A DNA stretch of 64,000 nucleotides from a virus (lineage: Duplodnaviria; Heunggongvirae; Uroviricota; Caudoviricetes): positions 32,001 through 96,000 of the IMG/VR virus record IMGVR_UViG_3300043395_001986; one strand, given 5' to 3'. A model generated the notes under the pieces. That model did not search any database, was not told the DNA's origin, and saw only the letters and a list, made by a program, of their open reading frames with translations. Of the stretch, positions 40,550 through 48,012 are shown piece by piece. How positions within the stretch are numbered: the stretch's first letter is position 1; each line of letters starts with the position of its first letter. A program made the translations under genes and the position numbers.

Positions 40550-41834
40550 ATTATATTACAAAGATTGGTATGATGGAAAATATCCAATACCAAATGGAAC
40601 ATCAAATGATGATATACAAAAAATGAATTTTCATAATTTGGAGTCATTTAATGAATTTAAAAAATATATACACATAAATTTTAATTCAACACGTCACACA
40701 GAATTTGTTGCAAATCAAAATGTAGAAGAAGAAAGACCTGGTTTAATTAAACTTTCTCTTGATAATGAAAGAAAGATTTATCTTACAAACAATCATGAAA
40801 ATTGTCATTTCATTTTATTTTGTGGAAAGGTTAGATATGATAGTTTAGATTTTGAAAAAGTAAAAGAACTTAAAAGTTTAGGAAAGCCATTTTTGTTTAT
40901 TAATATGCACGAAGGTAGTTATGATGATTGGTCTCATAATAAATTAAAAGAGCAAATTGGATATGATAATTGTATATTTGTTTCGGGTAATACAATATAC
41001 GAAAGTTTAGAAACCGATAAAGGAATATGGTTTCCATTTTTCGCATATAGTATGGGACAAGAAATAAAACAATATGAAACAACAACACGTCAGTTTTATT
41101 TAAATGATAATCTAATTAAAATTGGAGAGGTTGATAGGTGGATATCTCAACCAAAAGAAAAAAAATATTATTCATTAAATAAAAGTGCAAATAGAGCACA
41201 TAGAGCAGTTTTATTGTTGTGGTTGTATAAAAATGGATATTTGGATGAAGGATATGTATCTGCTTTATTATGTGAACATATAGATTATTCCGATGAACTA
41301 TTTAAAACAATGAAAGGATATAGGAATATGCGAGCGTTGACTAAAGAAATTTCTGATGAATTTATAAAAATATTACCACTAACATTAGATGCGACAACAC
41401 CAGAAGAAATATCAGAACATGCATCACCAAAGTATAATATTGCAAACTATTATGAAAATACTTGTTTTAATATTGTAACCGAAACAGATTTCTTTTCAAA
41501 AGGATGTAATATAACGGAAAAAATATTTAAACCAATTCTTAATGGACAATTTTTTATACCAATTGGTAATAGGCATTTAGTAAAAAATTTAGAAAAATTA
41601 GGATTTAAAAAGTATACTATTTTGGATTATTCTTTTGATGAATGTGAACATGATTTTGAAAGATTAGATATGGTTTTATCCCAAATAGATAAATTTATGA
41701 AATTATCAAAAGAAGAATTGGTTGAATTAATAAAAAAAGATATAGATATTATTAGAGAAAATCAAAAACATTTCTTATCTTTGAATATTAATGATGGATT
41801 TAAAGTTTTATTTGACAAAATAAATAATTTATGA
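40536..41834 (+). CDS. Putative glycosyltransferase (remote GT10-like), paralogue 2 (TTG start)
   Basis: KKYYSLNK..HR, NIVTET..ITEKIFKPI..FI.IG..GFK. Confidence 0.55.
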   Translation: MQTIKLYYKDWYDGKYPIPNGTSNDDIQKMNFHNLESFNEFKKYIHINFNSTRHTEFVANQNVEEERPGLIKLSLDNERKIYLTNNHENCHFILFCGKVRYDSLDFEKVKELKSLGKPFLFINMHEGSYDDWSHNKLKEQIGYDNCIFVSGNTIYESLETDKGIWFPFFAYSMGQEIKQYETTTRQFYLNDNLIKIGEVDRWISQPKEKKYYSLNKSANRAHRAVLLLWLYKNGYLDEGYVSALLCEHIDYSDELFKTMKGYRNMRALTKEISDEFIKILPLTLDATTPEEISEHASPKYNIANYYENTCFNIVTETDFFSKGCNITEKIFKPILNGQFFIPIGNRHLVKNLEKLGFKKYTILDYSFDECEHDFERLDMVLSQIDKFMKLSKEELVELIKKDIDIIRENQKHFLSLNINDGFKVLFDKINNL

Positions 41835-42769
41835 AAAAGGTTTTAATAACAGGATGCAGTGGATTGGTGGGAACACATTTAGTAAAAAAATGTATAGATT
41901 TAGGATATAAAGTAATTGGTGTAGATATCAATAGAAGTAAAAATCTACCAGATATTGGGTGGCAATTTATACAGGATGATTTAACTAAACCATTTGCAAT
42001 AGAGAGTTTATTTATGAATAATAAATTCGATGCGGTATTTAATACATTTGGTGTAAAAGGTTCACCAATGAGAGCAAAAAATCAACCAGTAGACTTTCTA
42101 TACCCATCATTTAAAATTAATACAGAGATTATCAACCAATGTGCAAAGAATAATATTTGGTTGATATTTGTAAGTTCGGTTGGAGTATATGCACCAGCTG
42201 AAAAGTTTGTAGAAGATAGTGTATGGAAAACACTTCCATCCGAAGCAGATTGGTTTCCATCTTGGAGTAAAAGAATGGGTGAAATATTATTAGAAGCATA
42301 TAAAGTTCAATATGATTATACTAAATGGTCAATAATTAGACCTGCAAATATTTTTGGAGAATATGATGATTTCAGCGGAAAGGGGACAGTTATTGCATCC
42401 ACAATTAAAAAGATTTACGAAGCAGATTCGGATTCAATAGAAGCGTGGGGAGATGGTTCACCAATTAGAGATTTTGTTTACGGCGGTGATGTAGCAGATG
42501 CAATTTTACAACTATATCAAAATGGTAAAAACGAAATTGTAAATTTTGGTGCAGGCGAAGAAATTACAATTAAACAAATGATTGAAACTCTTATTAAAAT
42601 TAGTGGTAAAAATTTATCTATAAATTGGGATACTACAAAACCAAATGGAGACCTTCGTAGACAAATGGATACAACTAAACAAAAAGAAATTAGTTTATTA
42701 CCAAAGTTAGGTTTTGAAAAAGCATTGGAAAAAAGTTATAACTTTTATAAAAAAAATTTAAATAAATAA
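41831..42769 (+). CDS. GDP-L-fucose-synthase-like SDR, non-canonical active site
   Basis: TGCSGLVG, RPANIFG, WGDGSPIRDFVY, WDTTKPNG; PSWSK in place of YxxxK. Confidence 0.8.
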   Translation: MKKVLITGCSGLVGTHLVKKCIDLGYKVIGVDINRSKNLPDIGWQFIQDDLTKPFAIESLFMNNKFDAVFNTFGVKGSPMRAKNQPVDFLYPSFKINTEIINQCAKNNIWLIFVSSVGVYAPAEKFVEDSVWKTLPSEADWFPSWSKRMGEILLEAYKVQYDYTKWSIIRPANIFGEYDDFSGKGTVIASTIKKIYEADSDSIEAWGDGSPIRDFVYGGDVADAILQLYQNGKNEIVNFGAGEEITIKQMIETLIKISGKNLSINWDTTKPNGDLRRQMDTTKQKEISLLPKLGFEKALEKSYNFYKKNLNK

Positions 42770-42783
42770 TTATTAAAAAAGAT

Positions 42784-43527
42784 ATGGAAATTTTAGAAAA
42801 AGGATTTTCTGTAAGAAATATAAAAGATGTTTTATCAGAAGAAATGATTAATTATTTAATACAACTTACTGATATTTTTCCATTTGTAGAAAATAATAAA
42901 GAAGAAATTTTAAGAAAAAGAGTTAGTTCAAATTATTCGGAAAGAAGTGCAGATGATACATATGATTATAAGGAAGGTGTAGAAAAACAACAATATCTTT
43001 TTAATAATGCATATCACATTTCTCAAGCCTGGTCTTTTTTAAAACCATTTGAAATGTTCAAAGAAGCAGGAAAAGATGGAAGATTTGTAACAGAATTTGG
43101 AAACAACCTACAAAAAATATCAGAAGATTTAATTAAATTTGAATATCCAAATTTTGATATAAACCCACAGGATGTTAGAAGTAGAGGAGGTTTAACTTAT
43201 TATGAAGATGGTGATTTTATAGAAATGCACGCCGATGGTAAAAATGAAACTCGTCTTTGTGTTATTTTATTATATCTAAACAAAGATTGGAATAGTGAGT
43301 GTGGTGGAGAATTGGTATTAGAAGATTCTGGACATAATAAAATAGCAGTAGTTCCACCTAAATTTGGTGATTATGTTATTCTAGATTTTGTTCAAAATAA
43401 TGTAAGACATGCAGTTAATCATATTAAGAATGGGTTTAAAAGATTTACCTTTGCTCATTTTATCGAATTAAGAGAAAATGAAAGGTCAAATTGTTGGAAC
43501 GAATTCAAAAAAATAAAAGTAATATAA
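42784..43527 (+). CDS. 2OG-Fe(II) oxygenase (prolyl-4-hydroxylase/EGL-9 type)
   Basis: HAD, LLYLNKDW..GGEL, HAV, KR. Confidence 0.85.
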   Translation: MEILEKGFSVRNIKDVLSEEMINYLIQLTDIFPFVENNKEEILRKRVSSNYSERSADDTYDYKEGVEKQQYLFNNAYHISQAWSFLKPFEMFKEAGKDGRFVTEFGNNLQKISEDLIKFEYPNFDINPQDVRSRGGLTYYEDGDFIEMHADGKNETRLCVILLYLNKDWNSECGGELVLEDSGHNKIAVVPPKFGDYVILDFVQNNVRHAVNHIKNGFKRFTFAHFIELRENERSNCWNEFKKIKVI

Positions 43528-44240
43528 TGGAAAACTTTTTTGAAAAAGGATATCATATTGGTAGTATCTACGATATATTAAATGATTCGGAAATAGAACA
43601 ATTAAAAGAAATAAAAAATAAAGTTATAGAACAAAGTAAAGATGATAATAATATATCCGGTAGATACGACCATTCGGGTGGAAATTATGAATCAAATAGA
43701 GTTACGATTGATGAATTAAAACAAAGAGATATAGAAGTTTTTGATAATGATTATACAATTTATCAAAGATGGAGAGAAATAGAAGGCATATATGACCAAA
43801 CTATTCAAGAAGAAATAAACAGATTAACTTTCAAATTATTAAATCATTTATATTCGGAATATGAATTTGAAGAATCTGATTTAAATTTAGGAGGACCATT
43901 TACTTTATATGTAGAAGGTGATATGCAAAATCCACATAGAGATGGTAACGGAGGAAATATATTATGTGCAGTTTTAATTTATTTAAGTAATCCAGAAGAT
44001 TGGAAAGAAGAAAATGGTGGAATGTTATATATAAGAAATAAAGGTGAGGATAAAATGGCAATAGAACCTGTATTTGGAAATTATGTTGTATTGGATATGT
44101 TAAAGAATGATGTAGAGCATGGGGTATCGCATGTAAATGGAGATTTTAAAAGATACGCATCAATACATTTTCCATCGGTATATGAAACAAGCCAAAAATA
44201 TAAAAAATTTATAGAAAACAAAGTTATAATAAAAAAATAA
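43527..44240 (+). CDS. 2OG-Fe(II) oxygenase, tandem paralogue; ATG 43527 preferred
   Basis: HRD, LIYLS..W..GG.L, HGV, KR; TAATG overlap; N-terminus MENFFEKGY parallels MEILEKGF of the upstream copy. Confidence 0.85.
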   Translation: MENFFEKGYHIGSIYDILNDSEIEQLKEIKNKVIEQSKDDNNISGRYDHSGGNYESNRVTIDELKQRDIEVFDNDYTIYQRWREIEGIYDQTIQEEINRLTFKLLNHLYSEYEFEESDLNLGGPFTLYVEGDMQNPHRDGNGGNILCAVLIYLSNPEDWKEENGGMLYIRNKGEDKMAIEPVFGNYVVLDMLKNDVEHGVSHVNGDFKRYASIHFPSVYETSQKYKKFIENKVIIKK

Positions 44241-44241
44241 T

Positions 44242-45219
44242 ATGATAAACAAAGATTCAAAAATCCTAATAACAGGTGGTTCCGGATTAGTAGGACAAAA
44301 TTTAACCAACAGATTATACAGAGAAGGTTATACAAATTTAAGAGTTAATTTACACAGAAGAGGTGTAAGAAAAAAATTAGATGGAGTTGAGTACACTCAC
44401 TTAAATTTAAAAGACCATAATGAATGTTTAGAAGCAACAAAAGGAATTGATGTTGTATTCCATTGCGCAGCAAGTACATCAAACGCAGTTGATACTGTCG
44501 TTGACCCATTGGCACATGTTACACCAAATGTGGCAATGAATAATTTCTTAATTGATGCTAGTTGGAGAAACAAAGTTCAACATTACATCTTCTTATCATC
44601 TAATACAGTCTATCCACCAAAAGGAGATACACCGGTAGTTGAAACGGATTTCTTATTTGATGAACCATATCCTGTATATTTTCCAGTAGGTTGGATGAAA
44701 AGATATGCAGAAGTTCAATGTGAATTATATGCAAAGTATTTGCCTGAAAAAATGAAATGTACAATTATTAGACCTGCAAACTTATATGGGCCACATGATA
44801 AATATGATTTCAATAAATGTCACGTTACTCCTGCAACAATCCGTAAAGTAGCTGATAAGATGAATCCTATTCCAATTTGGGGTGATGGTAGTGAATTGAG
44901 AGATTTATTATATATTGAAGATTTTGTAGAAGCATTACAAATAGTAATGGAAAAAGAAACTGAAGATTTTCAAGTTTATAATATTGGTTCTAACCGAGTT
45001 TATTCTGTATTAGAAGTATTGGAAGCAATGAAAAGAATTGCAAACTTTGATGCACCAACCGAATTTATTAAAGGAAAACCATCAATGATTCCAACTCGTA
45101 AAATTGATTCATTTAAGATTTATGATAATTTGGGATGGCAAGCAACTACTAAATTAGAAGATGGTTTAGCAAACGCATATGAATGGTATTTAGAAAATAA
45201 AGAAGAATTTAAAAATTAA
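44242..45219 (+). CDS. GDP-L-fucose-synthase-like SDR, non-canonical active site
   Basis: TGGSGLVG, RPANLYGPHD, CHVTP, WGDGSELRD; VGWMK in place of YxxxK. Confidence 0.82.
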   Translation: MINKDSKILITGGSGLVGQNLTNRLYREGYTNLRVNLHRRGVRKKLDGVEYTHLNLKDHNECLEATKGIDVVFHCAASTSNAVDTVVDPLAHVTPNVAMNNFLIDASWRNKVQHYIFLSSNTVYPPKGDTPVVETDFLFDEPYPVYFPVGWMKRYAEVQCELYAKYLPEKMKCTIIRPANLYGPHDKYDFNKCHVTPATIRKVADKMNPIPIWGDGSELRDLLYIEDFVEALQIVMEKETEDFQVYNIGSNRVYSVLEVLEAMKRIANFDAPTEFIKGKPSMIPTRKIDSFKIYDNLGWQATTKLEDGLANAYEWYLENKEEFKN

Positions 45220-45222
45220 GTT

Positions 45223-45768
45223 ATGAGCTCACCAGAATATACTCCATATAAAGATGCATTAACAAATGCAATGACGGAATTGGCAAAAAAAGATGATATC
45301 GTTTTTATTGGACAACAAATAGTTTATCCAGGCAATCCTATGAGTACAACATTGGGTAATGTATCTAAAGACCTAATGATTGAAGTTCCTGTTATGGAAG
45401 AATCACAAATGGGTATGAGTTTAGGAATGGCGATGGCAGGTAAATTTGTAGTTACATTTTATCCACGTTGGGATTTTATTATTTGTGCAGCAAATCAATT
45501 AATAAATCATGTTGATAAAATTGGTTTGATGAGTGGCGGAAAATGGAAACCAAATTTATTAATCAGATTAGGCAAGGGTTCTGATAAACCATTAGATCCA
45601 GGACATCAACATAGAGGTAACTATTTTGAAGAGTTTAAATCTATTTGTAAAAATATTGAATTTCACGATTTAAAAACACCTATTGATATTGAATTAGCAT
45701 ACAAATATGCAACAAAAGAAGGTGGTATACATGTATTGGTAGAATATCCTGAATTATATTATGCGTAA
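45223..45768 (+). CDS. Short ThDP-dependent enzyme, E1-beta-like pyrimidine-binding subunit
   Basis: YKDAL..AM, VFIGQ, PVMEESQMG...GMAM.G, DF..A.NQ..N, GHQH; lacks the C-terminal domain (181 aa). Confidence 0.82.
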   Translation: MSSPEYTPYKDALTNAMTELAKKDDIVFIGQQIVYPGNPMSTTLGNVSKDLMIEVPVMEESQMGMSLGMAMAGKFVVTFYPRWDFIICAANQLINHVDKIGLMSGGKWKPNLLIRLGKGSDKPLDPGHQHRGNYFEEFKSICKNIEFHDLKTPIDIELAYKYATKEGGIHVLVEYPELYYA

Positions 45769-47104
45769 TTTTGATAGACTTTATTTAGTATATGATAACT
45801 GGAACATAAATGGATTCATTCCAAATTGTGTTGAAAAGGAAGTGTTTCAAAAAATAGATGAAACAATACACACAATAGGAAATGGATTAGAAAATTTTTT
45901 AGGTAGAGAATTTCCACCAGAAAAATTTAATACATGGACAAACTATTGTGGGTTTAAAAAAACACACCAACAATTAGTAGATTTTGTTCCATATTATTAT
46001 GCATCAACCGGTGCATGTAATCATTGGTTTTATGCAATAGAACCATGGGGGCATTGGTCTTATTCTATTTTTGAATCAAATGTATTTAATAAAATAGATA
46101 ATAAAATAAAGAATAATATAAACAATGGAAATGCTACTTTGATAATTAATTATTCACATGAAGGAAATGTTAGTGATTTTTTCATAGATAGTATAATTAG
46201 AAAGTTGAAAGAAAGACAAATAGATTTACGAAATGTATTGATTATCGTAAATGATTTTGATATTGATAATAAAATAAAAAAATATAAAAGTGAAAGAGGA
46301 AGCGGATTATTATCCGAAAGATACTTTCCAACATTTTTTAATTTTTCTTGGTATTTACTAAATAGTTCAGAATATTACATTGAAACATCAAAATACATTT
46401 TATCAAAAGATAACATTCAAAAAAAAGATATTAAGTTTTTATCATATAATAAAAATATGTCTCAACATAGAATAATGTATTTGATGGAACAATATGAAAA
46501 ACTAAAGGATAATTCTTTAATTAGTTTTGATAAAACATTGTTAAGCAATTTATGTAAAAGATGGTTAGATGAAGAAGCGAGTGATGAAATAAAAGAAAAA
46601 TATAAAAATTTTAAAGAAAGAGAGGTGTTGGATATAACCGATATGAATAATGTTCATGGCTATGGTTGTGATGTGTTAGAGCATTATGATAAAACATTAA
46701 TTAATATTACAACAGAAACTTCATTTTTTGATGAAGCAAATTATATAAGTGAAAAAATTTGGAAACCAATTTGGTATGGGCAACCTTTTATTTTAATCGG
46801 AAGACCTGGTACATTAAAATATCTCCGTTCTTTAGGATTTAAAACATTTGGTTGGTTAATAAATGAAAGATATGATGACATTGAAGATAACGATAAAAGA
46901 TTTACTTTATTAATGAATGAAATTGACAGATTAAATTCAATGGATATAGAAGAAATCAAAAACTCAATATCAATAAATTTTTTTGATTTAGAACATAATA
47001 GAAAATTATTAGAAAAAATTGGAAAAGAACGTGATAGTTATGAGTACAAACTTTATAAAAAAATTAAAAATTATAAAAATGAAAAAGATTTTAATGTATT
47101 TTAA
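45761..47104 (+). CDS. Putative glycosyltransferase (remote GT10-like), paralogue 3
   Basis: KFLSYNK..HR, NITTET..YISEKIWKPI..PFILIG..GFKTF..INERYD. Confidence 0.55.
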   Translation: MRNFDRLYLVYDNWNINGFIPNCVEKEVFQKIDETIHTIGNGLENFLGREFPPEKFNTWTNYCGFKKTHQQLVDFVPYYYASTGACNHWFYAIEPWGHWSYSIFESNVFNKIDNKIKNNINNGNATLIINYSHEGNVSDFFIDSIIRKLKERQIDLRNVLIIVNDFDIDNKIKKYKSERGSGLLSERYFPTFFNFSWYLLNSSEYYIETSKYILSKDNIQKKDIKFLSYNKNMSQHRIMYLMEQYEKLKDNSLISFDKTLLSNLCKRWLDEEASDEIKEKYKNFKEREVLDITDMNNVHGYGCDVLEHYDKTLINITTETSFFDEANYISEKIWKPIWYGQPFILIGRPGTLKYLRSLGFKTFGWLINERYDDIEDNDKRFTLLMNEIDRLNSMDIEEIKNSISINFFDLEHNRKLLEKIGKERDSYEYKLYKKIKNYKNEKDFNVF

Positions 47105-47198
47105 AAAATTATACAAAGAATATAAATTAAGAAAAGAGTTCAAAAAGAAAATAAAAGAGCTTCGCAAAAGAGACCCATTTATTTATAAGAATATGTAA
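47079..47198 (+). CDS. 39-aa basic micro-protein, not in the ORF track
   Basis: MKKILMYFKKLYKEYKLRKEFKKKIKELRKRDPFIYKNM; fills the gap, stop is 2 nt before the next ATG. Confidence 0.65.
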   Translation: MKKILMYFKKLYKEYKLRKEFKKKIKELRKRDPFIYKNM

Positions 47199-47200
47199 TT

Positions 47201-47995
47201 ATGAATGTATTTCTTTTTTTAGGGTGTTCTTTTACGTGGGGTGAAGGATTGCAATATTATTCTGAACTACCATCTGTTATATTTCATACACATCATATAT
47301 TTGATAGTAGAGAAATAACATACCCACAATATCAATTTATTAAAAAAAATAGATTTGCAAGATTAGTTGCGGATAGATTAAATGGTATAGAAATAGTAAC
47401 TGCGGTAAATGGTGGAAATCATACTACAATGACAAATATGCTATTTAGACCAACTGAATTTATACCAGATTACATAAACGGAGACCCTAAAAATTATAGA
47501 AAAGAATCATTTTTTAATAAAAATGAAATAACACATATTGTAATCCAATTTACAGATGTATATAGAGATAACTTTGAAAGTTGTGGAGCAAGCATCAAAT
47601 GGAATAGACCTGCGCAGCATCAGTACTGCATAGAAAAAGGAATTAGTACAGAAGAATTTGAAAAAGACGGTATCAGATATATTTTAAGAAATTTTAAAAA
47701 AGAATTAGAACCATACATTGAATTAAATGTAAAATTTGCTTTTTTAATGTGGAGACATAAATTTTGGTATGATGTGATATTAGAAGAAGAGTTTGAATTT
47801 TTTAAAAACAATTTAATAGAAATACAACAGAATAATAATATATGTTATTCAATTGATGGTTTAACAAATACTGGAAAGAAATTTACAATACATTCTGATT
47901 TTTGCGAAAAAGGTTATCAATGTGGTGACGCTCATCTTTCATTAGAAGGGCATAAAATAATTGCAGAAAGTATAATTAAGAAGTTTTCTAATTAA
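47201..47995 (+). CDS. SGNH/GDSL-fold esterase/acyltransferase-like protein
   Basis: FLGCSFTWG block I, C-terminal DAHLSLEGH (D..H). Confidence 0.65.
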   Translation: MNVFLFLGCSFTWGEGLQYYSELPSVIFHTHHIFDSREITYPQYQFIKKNRFARLVADRLNGIEIVTAVNGGNHTTMTNMLFRPTEFIPDYINGDPKNYRKESFFNKNEITHIVIQFTDVYRDNFESCGASIKWNRPAQHQYCIEKGISTEEFEKDGIRYILRNFKKELEPYIELNVKFAFLMWRHKFWYDVILEEEFEFFKNNLIEIQQNNNICYSIDGLTNTGKKFTIHSDFCEKGYQCGDAHLSLEGHKIIAESIIKKFSN

Positions 47996-48012
47996 AATGA
48001 TATTTATCTATA

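Noticed and set aside
42784-44240. TET/JBP-type DNA base hydroxylases
   Set aside because: Motifs (LYLN..W..GGEL) fit the prolyl-hydroxylase class; no DNA methylase or nucleotide kinase nearby. DNA modification is not fully excluded
38442-45768. Pyruvate dehydrogenase E1 as an energy-metabolism AMG
   Set aside because: Subunits truncated, no E2/E3 in the window, embedded among NDP-sugar genes
27362-47995. Host LPS/capsule locus or chimeric contig
   Set aside because: Continuous with phage genes on both sides, same strand and overlap style, no export or lipid-carrier genes
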